A program made the position numbers and the translations under genes. The notes under the pieces were generated by a model. It saw only the letters and a list, made by a program, of their open reading frames with translations. It was not told the DNA's origin and made no database searches. Positions 18,472 to 26,171 of a DNA stretch of 32,000 nt are shown one piece after another; position 1 is the stretch's first letter; each line of letters opens with the position of its first letter. Source of the DNA: Mycobacterium riyadhense (GTDB lineage: Bacteria > Actinomycetota > Actinomycetes > Mycobacteriales > Mycobacteriaceae); contig NZ_OY970456.1 in assembly GCF_963853645.1 (NCBI RefSeq), positions 314,309 to 346,308 of the forward strand, in the 5' to 3' direction.

Positions 18472-20465
18472 CCGAAGTTGCGTCGGGTGAGATGGCGAAT
18501 TTGGCGGTTGAGCTGGGATCTGTGTGGGTTTGGGGCCTGGATATGTAGCCAGTGAATATGGCGTGTTGATGACGTATATTGGTGAATTTGCCTGGTAGTA
18601 TCCGGTTATGGTGAAGCCGATGCGAATGCATGTAGCCCGAACACCGAGCAGGTACGTGGACAAGGCCGGCAACGTGCACCGCTACGAGTCGGTGCTGGTG
18701 CGCCGCACCTACCGCGAGGGCAAGAAGGTCCGCCACGAGACCCTGGCCAATCTGTCCAAGCTGCCCGCGGAGGCGATCGCCGCGATCGAGGCAACGCTGA
18801 AGGGGCAGGCACTGGTACCCGCCGAGGCGGCGTGCACCATCACTCGCTCGCTGCCGCACGGGCATGTGGCCGCGGTCGCCGCGATGGCCCGCCGATTGGG
18901 GTTTCCGGGCCTGTTGGGCCCGGCCTGCCGATCTCGGGACCTGGTGCTGGGGTTGATTATCTCGCGGGTGATCCGCCCGGCCTCCAAACTGTCCACGCTG
19001 TCGCGATGGGCCGATTGCACCCTGGGGCCCGACCTGGCGGTGGCAGATGCGTCTACCGATGAGGTGTATGCCGCGATGGACTGGTTGGCCAATCGCCAGG
19101 ACGCAATCGAGAAGAAGCTAGCCGCCAAACACCTTGGGCCAGAGGCGAACCCAAGCCGGATGGCGTTGTTTGATCTGACCAGCTCGTGGGTGACCGGGCG
19201 GTGCTGTGAGCTGGCCGCCTATGGCTATTCCCGCGACGGCAAGAAGGGCCTGCCGCAGATTGAATACGGGGTGCTCACCGACCCGGCCGGGCGCCCGGTG
19301 GCGGTACGGGTAGTGCCCGGGGACACCGCCGACCCGGTCGCGTTCAGCGACATCGTCGAGGTGATCCGCGACCGCTTCGGGTTGACCCGGCTGGTGCTGG
19401 TCGGCGATCGCGGCATGATCACCTCCGCGCGCATCGACGCGCTGCGCAAGCTCAACGACAGCCCCGACACCGCAACGGCTTTCGGGTGGATCACGGCGCT
19501 ACGCGCCCCGGATATCGCCACACTGGCCGCCGAGCAGGGACCGCTGCAAATGAGCCTGTTCGACACCCAAGACCTCGCCGAGATCAGCCACCCCGACTAC
19601 CCGGGGGAACGGTTGATCGCTTGCCGCAACCCCGCCCTGGCCACCGAGCGGGCCCGCAAACGCAACGAACTGCTGGCCGCCACCGACGCCGACCTGGCCG
19701 CCATCGCCGCCCGGGTGGCATCCGGGCGCCTGCGCGGAGCGGGCAAAATCGGCGAGGCCATCGGCCGGGTAATCGCCAAACGCAAAGTAGGCAAGCACTT
19801 TCGCCGCGAGATCACCGACACCACCTTCACCTACCACCGCGACCAGGCCGCCATCGATGCCGAAGCCGCCCTCGATGGCATCTACGTGCTACGCACACCG
19901 GTACCCGCCACCGAACTCGATCCGACCGCGGTCGTAGAAAGCTACAAGAACCTGGCCCACGTCGAACGCGACTTCCGCAACATCAAAACCGACGACCTGG
20001 ATCTACGACCCATTCACCACCGCCTCGACGAGCGCGTCCGCGCCCACGTACTGATCTGCCTGCTAGCCTGCTACCTCATCTGGCACCTGCGCAAAGCCTG
20101 GGCGCCACTGACCTTCACCGACGAACACCCACCCACCCGCGACAACCCCGTCGCCCCCGCGCAACGCTCACCGCAGGCCCAAGCCAAGGCCTCCACCCAA
20201 CACGACGCCAACGGCAACCCGCTACGCAGCTTCCGCGGCCTACTCGACCACCTAGCGACCCTGACCCGCAACGACATTCACTACCACGGCACCAACGCCA
20301 CGGTGCCCACCTTGGCCGAACCCACCCCCGATCAACGCCGCGCCTTCGACCTCATCGGCACCCCGATCCCACTAACCGCAGCGTAGCCAGAACCACCACC
20401 CCAACAAGACCAGCAAAACCCCAGGTCAACTAGAAATCCACTCACCCATAACGCCGCAACTTCGG
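18472..20465 (+). mobile_element. IS1634-family (IS4 superfamily) insertion sequence, 1994 bp, apparently intact
   Basis: The terminal inverted repeats are CCGAAGTTGCG (18472-18482) and CGCAACTTCGG (20455-20465). They extend imperfectly as ..GGTGAGATGG versus ..GGTGAGTGG. There is a single 592-aa transposase ORF and flanking 6-bp direct repeats. Subterminal GTGAAT(A/T)TGGC-like repeats occur in the left end. Confidence 0.8.
18608..20386 (+). CDS. IS1634-family DDE transposase
   Basis: The N-terminus YVDKAGNVHRYESVLVRRTYREGKKVRHETLANLSKLPAEAIAAIEATLKG is typical of IS1634-family transposases. Also present are ..VLVGDRGM.. and ..YKNLAHVERDFRNIKTDDLDLRPIHH. The ORF is uninterrupted. Confidence 0.8.
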   Translation: MVKPMRMHVARTPSRYVDKAGNVHRYESVLVRRTYREGKKVRHETLANLSKLPAEAIAAIEATLKGQALVPAEAACTITRSLPHGHVAAVAAMARRLGFPGLLGPACRSRDLVLGLIISRVIRPASKLSTLSRWADCTLGPDLAVADASTDEVYAAMDWLANRQDAIEKKLAAKHLGPEANPSRMALFDLTSSWVTGRCCELAAYGYSRDGKKGLPQIEYGVLTDPAGRPVAVRVVPGDTADPVAFSDIVEVIRDRFGLTRLVLVGDRGMITSARIDALRKLNDSPDTATAFGWITALRAPDIATLAAEQGPLQMSLFDTQDLAEISHPDYPGERLIACRNPALATERARKRNELLAATDADLAAIAARVASGRLRGAGKIGEAIGRVIAKRKVGKHFRREITDTTFTYHRDQAAIDAEAALDGIYVLRTPVPATELDPTAVVESYKNLAHVERDFRNIKTDDLDLRPIHHRLDERVRAHVLICLLACYLIWHLRKAWAPLTFTDEHPPTRDNPVAPAQRSPQAQAKASTQHDANGNPLRSFRGLLDHLATLTRNDIHYHGTNATVPTLAEPTPDQRRAFDLIGTPIPLTAA

Positions 20466-20471
20466 GTTAGT
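20466..20471. repeat. Right copy of the 6-bp target site duplication (GTTAGT)
   Basis: This copy is identical to 18466-18471. It contains the TAA stop codon (plus-strand TTA at 20467-20469) of the minus-strand TetR gene. Confidence 0.7.
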
Positions 20472-21006
20472 CGGAGCCCTTGATACCGACGGCGTGGCGC
20501 AACTGTGCCAGGAATTGGTCGGCGTCGTCGCTTCGAACGACGTAGTGCGAGATCGCGATTCGGATCGCCGTCGCCGCCTTCACCGCGGCGTTGGGTCCGG
20601 GGAGGAGCCGTTGCAAGCCCTCCCGCATCTCCGGTATGACTCCCGACATTTGCGCGATGACGAGCTCCGGCTCGATATCGACCATGCGCACCCCCGAGTA
20701 CGAGTACTGATAGTCGACGATGAACCGCAGCGCCGCGTCCAGCCTGTCGACGCCCTTGAGCCCGGAAGTTGCCTTGGCCAAGCCGATTTCGAACACCTGT
20801 CGCTCGTAGTTCGAGAATGCCGAAAGCAACTCTTCTTTGGACGCGAACCAGCGGTAGAGCGTGGGGCGCGATACTCCGGCCTGGGCGGCGACCTCAGAGA
20901 GGCTGAGCTTGGTCTTGCCGTTGCGCGCGAGCACCTCGGCGGTGGCCGAGAGAATGCGCTGGCGAGTTGAGGTGTCGGTGTCGGTGGTGGCTGTCGCCTG
21001 GCTCAT
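20467..21006 (-). CDS. TetR/AcrR family transcriptional regulator
   Basis: MSQATATTDTDTSTRQRILSATAEVLARNGKTKLSLSEVAAQAGVSRPTLYRWFASKEELL contains the HTH region. The ATG at 21006 overlaps the TGA of the upstream gene as ATGA. The track start at 21144 is an extension. Confidence 0.85.
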   Translation of the reverse strand: MSQATATTDTDTSTRQRILSATAEVLARNGKTKLSLSEVAAQAGVSRPTLYRWFASKEELLSAFSNYERQVFEIGLAKATSGLKGVDRLDAALRFIVDYQYSYSGVRMVDIEPELVIAQMSGVIPEMREGLQRLLPGPNAAVKAATAIRIAISHYVVRSDDADQFLAQLRHAVGIKGSD

Positions 21007-21827
21007 GTCTGTCTCCCCGGGCGTCGGCGCACCAGCACGGACTGCTGGATGGCGCCGATCGCACCCTGCTCGTCGAAAAGTGTGCCAACCGTCGTCCCGA
21101 TGCCGTCCGGCCCGTAGTTGGTCTCGGCCCGAATACCGATCCAATCACCCACGGGGATCCGGAACACGTGCACCGCCAGGTCGGTGTTGAGGAATGTCCA
21201 TTTGCTGATGTCCAGCTTGCTGCCGATGCCGTTGGCGCAGTCGGCCACCGCGAACAGCCGCTCCAGCTGCGTCATGGTCTCGCCGTTGACAAGGTCGGCT
21301 GTCGGCTTGATCCAGGATTCTCCTGGGCCTTCGGTCAACGGTTCGGTCAGCCACAGCCACTCCAGGCTGTGCACGTAGTTGCGGTCCCGACTCATTGCCT
21401 TGAGGTTGCGCGAGCGGGCCTCGCTGAGCGGCCGCGGGAGCGGTATGGCCGCATGCGCGATGGTCTGGGTATCGAGGTGCTGCAGCCGCCAACCGCTGGC
21501 CCTGGCGACCGGTCGCGGTTGCCCGTCGGGACCCAGCGCCAGCATTTCGGCGCTCACCAGCTCGATCTGCTTGCCGGGGCGTTCGAGTTGCGGGCGCACC
21601 CACAGGTCACCCTCGGCCGGCACCGGACCCAACAGGTCGACGACGACCCGACTGAGCCGGGTGTCGTCGCGCCGCGAGCACCGCTGTAGCGCGCGGACCA
21701 GCAGCGCCGACACCGGCGCACCGTGTTGTATCTCGGACGACCAGGTGCCGCGCGCCAGGTCCGTCGCCCTGAACTTTTCACCCAGCGCGTCGGCGCCGTC
21801 GATCAGCTCGTAGTACGCGTCGGTCAT
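21003..21827 (-). CDS. Thioesterase-family protein (TesB-like double hotdog)
   Basis: The 274-aa product reads MTDAYYELIDGADALGEKFRATDLARGTWSSEIQHGAPVSALLVRAL... with C-terminal ..NTDLAVHVFRIPVGDWIGIRAETNYGPDGIGTTVGTLFDEQGAIG. This pattern is typical of actinobacterial acyl-CoA thioesterase-like proteins. Confidence 0.6.
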   Translation of the reverse strand: MTDAYYELIDGADALGEKFRATDLARGTWSSEIQHGAPVSALLVRALQRCSRRDDTRLSRVVVDLLGPVPAEGDLWVRPQLERPGKQIELVSAEMLALGPDGQPRPVARASGWRLQHLDTQTIAHAAIPLPRPLSEARSRNLKAMSRDRNYVHSLEWLWLTEPLTEGPGESWIKPTADLVNGETMTQLERLFAVADCANGIGSKLDISKWTFLNTDLAVHVFRIPVGDWIGIRAETNYGPDGIGTTVGTLFDEQGAIGAIQQSVLVRRRPGRQT

Positions 21828-22648
21828 TACGGCAGCCCAGCGCCGGGGGCGTCGACCAACACGGCGTCAAGTCGAGAGAGCCGGGTGCCGATGAGGCGTT
21901 TGGGATAGGTGTCGGTGCTGGACAGCAGGAACAGCGTCCGACGCTGGGGTCCGCCGAGCGTGCACGCGATGGCGACCCGGTCACCCATATCGATGCGGTC
22001 GGTAACCTCGCCGCCTTCGGTGATCCGCTCGAACTGATGAGCCAACGTCATCGAGGTCCACACGCCGCCCTCGGCGTCGAGCGCGATACCGTCGGGCGGT
22101 CCGTCGAGGCCGTCGGCGAAAACCCGGCGCTCGGTGAGTGCGCCGTCATCAGCGATGGTGAACGCGGTCAGCCGTCGGGCCATGGATTCGGCGACGATCA
22201 GCGTCTTGTGGTCCGGTGTGATGACCATCCCGTTGGGAAAGTCGAGGTCCCTGGCGACGACCGTCGAGCCGTTGTCAGCATCGAGCCGGATGATCAAGCC
22301 GCCTCCTGTGAATGCTTGGGAGCCGATGTATGCCCGGCCCGCGTCGTCTATCACCATGTCGCCGAGGTTGGCCGGTGCGAGGTCGGTGAGGTCGGCGATC
22401 GTCTCGGTGGTTTCGCCGTCATAGCGCAGCACCAGCCGGTCCTCGGCGGAGGCGATCAGCAGCGACCCGTCGGGCCGGAAGCCCAGGCCTGACGGGGAGT
22501 GGCCGGTTAACCGCAACGTCGTCAGCGAACCACGCATGTCCGACGTGTGCACGGCTTCGCCGAGCAGGTCAGAGAACCACAGCAGTCCTTCGAACCAGCG
22601 CGGGCCTTCGCCGAAGCAGAAGTCGTCGGCCAACGGCGTCGGAGTCAT
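21827..22648 (-). CDS. SMP-30/gluconolactonase/LRE-family hydrolase (putative lactonase)
   Basis: FCFGEGPRWFEGLLWFSD...PSGLGFRPDGSLLIA...DDAGRAYIG...FPNGMVITPDHKTLIVAES..PDGIALDAEGGVW shows the beta-propeller repeats. I choose the start at ATG 22648 (MTPTPLADDF). The 18 codons up to 22702 have low GC3 and contain motif site A. The stop TAA overlaps the next ATG as TAATG. Confidence 0.75.
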   Translation of the reverse strand: MTPTPLADDFCFGEGPRWFEGLLWFSDLLGEAVHTSDMRGSLTTLRLTGHSPSGLGFRPDGSLLIASAEDRLVLRYDGETTETIADLTDLAPANLGDMVIDDAGRAYIGSQAFTGGGLIIRLDADNGSTVVARDLDFPNGMVITPDHKTLIVAESMARRLTAFTIADDGALTERRVFADGLDGPPDGIALDAEGGVWTSMTLAHQFERITEGGEVTDRIDMGDRVAIACTLGGPQRRTLFLLSSTDTYPKRLIGTRLSRLDAVLVDAPGAGLP

Positions 22649-22653
22649 CGAGC

Positions 22654-22682
22654 CTTTACAAATCACGGCAAAAGTGTCACGC
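22654..22682 (+). promoter_or_regulatory. Motif site A: CTTTACAAAT-N11-TGTCACGC
   Basis: CTTTACAAATcacggcaaaagTGTCACGC lies 6 nt upstream, on the minus strand, of the lactonase ATG at 22648. It is one of three copies in the window. Confidence 0.5.
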
Positions 22683-22725
22683 ATCACGGGCACCGCTGTC
22701 AACGCGGGGCCAGGCAGTGGGTGTG

Positions 22726-22754
22726 CTTTACAAATCTACTATGAAATGTCACGC
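22726..22754 (+). promoter_or_regulatory. Motif site B: CTTTACAAAT-N11-TGTCACGC
   Basis: CTTTACAAATctactatgaaaTGTCACGC starts 72 bp downstream of the start of site A, in the same orientation. It ends 38 nt upstream of the TesB-like start. Confidence 0.5.
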
Positions 22755-22791
22755 TGGGCCGGTGGGCGCGGTGGGCCGCGGGTAACGAGAG

Positions 22792-23682
22792 GTGAGCGCT
22801 TTGACCACAGATTCTGAACGGGCGCAGTGGTCGGTCGAACGCCTGCTCGACCTGTTCGAGGTGCGGGCCGACGGTCCGGATCGGTTCACCGCTGACACCG
22901 GGATTGCCGGGCAGGATGAGCGGCAGGTGGTGGAAGGCACCCAGGTCTTGGCGCAGGCGATTGTCGCTGTGGCCCAGCGTCTCCCGGGCAAGTCGGTGCG
23001 TTCGACGCACGCGGTGTTCTCCCGCGCCATCGCGGTTGGCCCGCCGATCGAACTCGTCGTCGACGTGGTGCACGAAGGCCGAACGACCGCTACCGCGATC
23101 GTCGCTGTGCACCAGAACGGCCGGCGCTGCCTGAGCGTGACGGTGCTGGCCGACGTTCCGACGGCCGACGTGATCCGCCACCATCTGCCGCGGCCCGATG
23201 TTGCGGCACCCGCGGCCGCCCACGTGTCGGAGATGCCGATGATCGGACGGGAGCTGCGACTCGTCGACGTGGTCGACGTCAACAGCCCCGACGAGGTCGG
23301 GCCGCCGGAACTGTACGCGTGGCTGCTTTACGACCCCATCCCGACCCGCGACGAACTGGCCAAGGCGCTCGTCGCGTACTTCACTGGGCACCTGGGGATT
23401 TCCACCACCATGCGGGCGCACCCAGGCATCGGTACTAGCCAGGCGCACCTGACGGTGTCCACCGCCCCGATGACGATCTCGGTCGCATTTCACGAACCCG
23501 TGCACTGGCATGGATGGCTGCTCTATACACACGAGAGCACCCAGGTCGGCGCCGGGATGTCGTACGTGCGCGGCACCGTGCACACCGAGGAGGGTGAGCT
23601 GCTGGCATCCTTTGCCCAGGAAGCGTTGATCCGGCCGCTACGCACCGGCGACACGGCGATCGACGCACGTTCACGGTTCTAA
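22792..23682 (+). CDS. Acyl-CoA thioesterase II (TesB family)
   Basis: LLDLFEVRADGPDRFTADTGIAGQDERQVVEGTQVLAQAIVAVAQ...THAVFSRAI..GPPIELVVDVVHEGRTTATAIVAVHQNGR matches TesB. The start is GTG 22792. TTG 22801 is an alternative with better SD spacing. Confidence 0.8.
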   Translation: MSALTTDSERAQWSVERLLDLFEVRADGPDRFTADTGIAGQDERQVVEGTQVLAQAIVAVAQRLPGKSVRSTHAVFSRAIAVGPPIELVVDVVHEGRTTATAIVAVHQNGRRCLSVTVLADVPTADVIRHHLPRPDVAAPAAAHVSEMPMIGRELRLVDVVDVNSPDEVGPPELYAWLLYDPIPTRDELAKALVAYFTGHLGISTTMRAHPGIGTSQAHLTVSTAPMTISVAFHEPVHWHGWLLYTHESTQVGAGMSYVRGTVHTEEGELLASFAQEALIRPLRTGDTAIDARSRF

Positions 23683-23687
23683 ATGCC

Positions 23688-24608
23688 ATGCGCTTCACCA
23701 TCACCCACCCGATGCACGGCAATCCCTACCATCCGGACCTGTTGAGTGGGGACGGCATTGCGGCGGTGGCCGCTGCGGCCGAAGCGGCGGGATTCGATGG
23801 GTTCGGCTTCACCGACCACCCCGCCCCCTCGCAGCGGTGGCTGGAAGCGGGCGGGCACGACGCCTTAGATCCTTTCGTCGCACTGGGTTTCGCGGCGGCC
23901 CGAACGACAACGCTGCGTCTGATTCCCAACATCGTCGTGCTGCCTTATCGAAATCCATTCGTAGTGGCCAAATCCGGAGCGACGTTGGACCTACTGTCCG
24001 GTGGGCGATTCACTCTCGCGGTCGGTGTGGGTTACCTCAAGCGGGAATTCTCGGCACTGGGTGTGGACTACGACCAGCGCGCGGAGCTGTTCGAGGAAGC
24101 CTTGGCGGTGATCCGCGCGGTGTGGACCACCGACGACATGTCATTCGAGGGACGGCATTTCACCGCGCGCGGAATCACCGCGCATCCCCGTCCGGTCTCT
24201 AACCCGCATCCTCCGATTTGGGTCGGCGGCAACACGGCTTCCGCCCGCCAGCGAGTTGTTCGGTACGGCGATGGCTGGTGCCCGTTCCCCGCTTCTCCCG
24301 GCCTGGCCCGCACCGCGGGTACGGCGGCCATTGACTCGTTAGATCGTCTTGGCGACGGCATTGAGGATCTACGCCGCCGGTGCGACGCTGCCGGCAAAGA
24401 CTGGTCGGTCATCGACGTCACATTCACCAACTTCGACGGCGGCAGCCCCGGGAGCGATGCTTTCAATGCCGACGCCTACCTCGGTGGTCTGGAAAAGCTG
24501 GCGGCGCTTGGTGTTACGTGGGTGCAGGTTGGTCTGCCGGGCGACAGTTTGGCGCATGCGTTGGACAGCATCGACCGGTTCCGGACGACGGTTATCGACG
24601 TGATCTAG
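23688..24608 (+). CDS. Luciferase-like monooxygenase (LLM) class, probably F420-dependent oxidoreductase
   Basis: AAGFDGFGFTDHPAPSQRWLEAGGHDALDPFVALGFAAARTTTLRLIPNIVVLPYRNPFVVAKSGATLDLLSGGRFTLAVGVGYLKREFSALGVDYDQRAELFEEALAVIRAVW matches the LLM class. Confidence 0.8.
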   Translation: MRFTITHPMHGNPYHPDLLSGDGIAAVAAAAEAAGFDGFGFTDHPAPSQRWLEAGGHDALDPFVALGFAAARTTTLRLIPNIVVLPYRNPFVVAKSGATLDLLSGGRFTLAVGVGYLKREFSALGVDYDQRAELFEEALAVIRAVWTTDDMSFEGRHFTARGITAHPRPVSNPHPPIWVGGNTASARQRVVRYGDGWCPFPASPGLARTAGTAAIDSLDRLGDGIEDLRRRCDAAGKDWSVIDVTFTNFDGGSPGSDAFNADAYLGGLEKLAALGVTWVQVGLPGDSLAHALDSIDRFRTTVIDVI

Positions 24609-25784
24609 ATGGACTTCTCACGGGTCGCACTTTCGGAGGCCGACGCGGCCTTCCGTGACCAAACGCGGGCTTTCGTGACCGAGCACGTCACCGACGAAGT
24701 GCGCTGGCGGAACCGGGAGTTCGGCGAAAACTTCGATGAGCAAGTGCATTTGGCGCTGGGCGGCGCGGGTTATCTGGCGGGGGATTGGAAGCCCGAGTCC
24801 GAGGGTGGGTTCAGTCCCATACGCCGGCGAATCTTTGAGCTCGAGATCGCCCGGGCCCATACGCCTTGGTATCACTGGGGCACTACGTCCGTGGTCGCGC
24901 GTTTGGTGCAGCAGTTTGGTGCGGCCGAACTCGTCGGCCAGGTTTTGCCAGGAGTGCTGTCCGGCCATATCCGGCTATGTCTCGGTTACACCGAACCGGA
25001 GGGCGGCTCCGATGTCGCGACCTGCAAGACGCGCGCGGTTCGTGACGGTAGTGCGTGGATCATCAATGGCTCCAAGATGTTCACGTCCAACGCGCAGCAT
25101 GCCAAGTACGTCTTTTTGCTGACCAATACCGACCCGCAGGGACCAAAACATAAGAACCTGACCATGTTTCTGGTTCCGCTGGCTTCACCTGGCATCGAGA
25201 TACGGGGGATCCGCACGTTGGACGGTGACCGCACCAACGTCGTTTATTACAGCAACGTACGAGTCGACGACCTATACCGGGTCGGTGAGGTGAACGGCGG
25301 CTGGACAGTGATGCGGTCTGCACTGGACGCCGAGCATGGCATTGCCGAATTGGACGTCGGTACGGAAGCCCATGGCCTGCAGGATATTGCGGCTATGTCG
25401 GGTCACGCCATGTTGATGGCTGAGGTAGTGGATGGGGTCGCGGGCGTCGTCGCGGAGGCAGCTGACGAGTCGGTGAAGTACCGGCTTGGGCGCAGTTTCG
25501 TCCGGGTAGAAGCGGCGTTGTCTACTCCCGGGATGTTCGGACGTGTGGCGATCGCCCAGACGATGCGTGAAGCCTCCGGGGACTTGATGGATGTCCTGGG
25601 GGCGGCTTCCGCGTTGCCGACAGATACCCCGGGTTCCGCCAATGACGGGGCGACAGAGTATCTGTTCCGGCTGGCGTTACCGATGGGGATCTACGGCGGC
25701 ACCCTGGAGGTCTTCCGCAACATGATCGCCCAACATGAGCTTGGCCTCGGCCGCCCCAACTACGGGAGCTCTGCCACGACCTGA
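24609..25784 (+). CDS. Acyl-CoA dehydrogenase family protein
   Basis: LCLGYTEPEGGSDVATCKTRAVRDGSAWIINGSKMFTSNAQHAKYVFLLTNTDP... is followed by C-terminal ..GGTLEVFRNMIAQHELGL. The ATG immediately follows the LLM stop. Confidence 0.8.
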   Translation: MDFSRVALSEADAAFRDQTRAFVTEHVTDEVRWRNREFGENFDEQVHLALGGAGYLAGDWKPESEGGFSPIRRRIFELEIARAHTPWYHWGTTSVVARLVQQFGAAELVGQVLPGVLSGHIRLCLGYTEPEGGSDVATCKTRAVRDGSAWIINGSKMFTSNAQHAKYVFLLTNTDPQGPKHKNLTMFLVPLASPGIEIRGIRTLDGDRTNVVYYSNVRVDDLYRVGEVNGGWTVMRSALDAEHGIAELDVGTEAHGLQDIAAMSGHAMLMAEVVDGVAGVVAEAADESVKYRLGRSFVRVEAALSTPGMFGRVAIAQTMREASGDLMDVLGAASALPTDTPGSANDGATEYLFRLALPMGIYGGTLEVFRNMIAQHELGLGRPNYGSSATT

Positions 25785-26171
25785 ACACGCTGCTCGGTGG
25801 GTAAGTCATTGACCACGTCGGCCGGGAATGCGCAACTCACTGGGTGATTTCGCCGATGTACCAGTAGCGCCCGTTCGGTATTGATCACCATTTGGCCGTT
25901 TCGCAAAGCCTGACTGCGACGCGGATGCGGCTCGATACATATAACGTCGTCGGGGATCGGTGGAGCGAACCACTCGCGGGATCGTTACTGAGCGGGCCAT
26001 GCCCGGCCACTAAACTCATGCGTCCCCGAATCCTTTTGCATTACAGATTCTCGCCGACTGCGTAATCGCCGGTCAGGGACGGCTGGATCTCCTAGTGCTA
26101 TTGTTTTCTGCTGCTACTATTTCTGCAGTAGTAGTCGTGGTGGTCTGCGATAGACCATTCATCACATCGGC

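Noticed and set aside
22649-22702. A longer start (22702 or 22684) for the SMP30 lactonase gene.
   Set aside because: The 18 extra codons have low GC3 for this genome and coincide with motif site A. The family N-terminus fits the ATG at 22648.
22654-22754. Reading the 29-nt motif as a standard SigA promoter (TTTACA as -35) or as an ECF41/SigJ-type TGTCACA-N16-CGTC promoter.
   Set aside because: No TANNNT hexamer lies at a conserved distance in all three copies, and no CGTC lies 16 nt after TGTCAC. On the minus strand, GTGACA-N16-TAAAGG lacks the invariant final T, and at site C it would point antisense into the CoA-transferase gene.
25806-26000. A 64-aa minus-strand ORF in the ACAD-MFS gap.
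   Set aside because: It has no SD, an Arg/Ser/Pro-rich composition and no family resemblance. At most it overlaps relic fragments.
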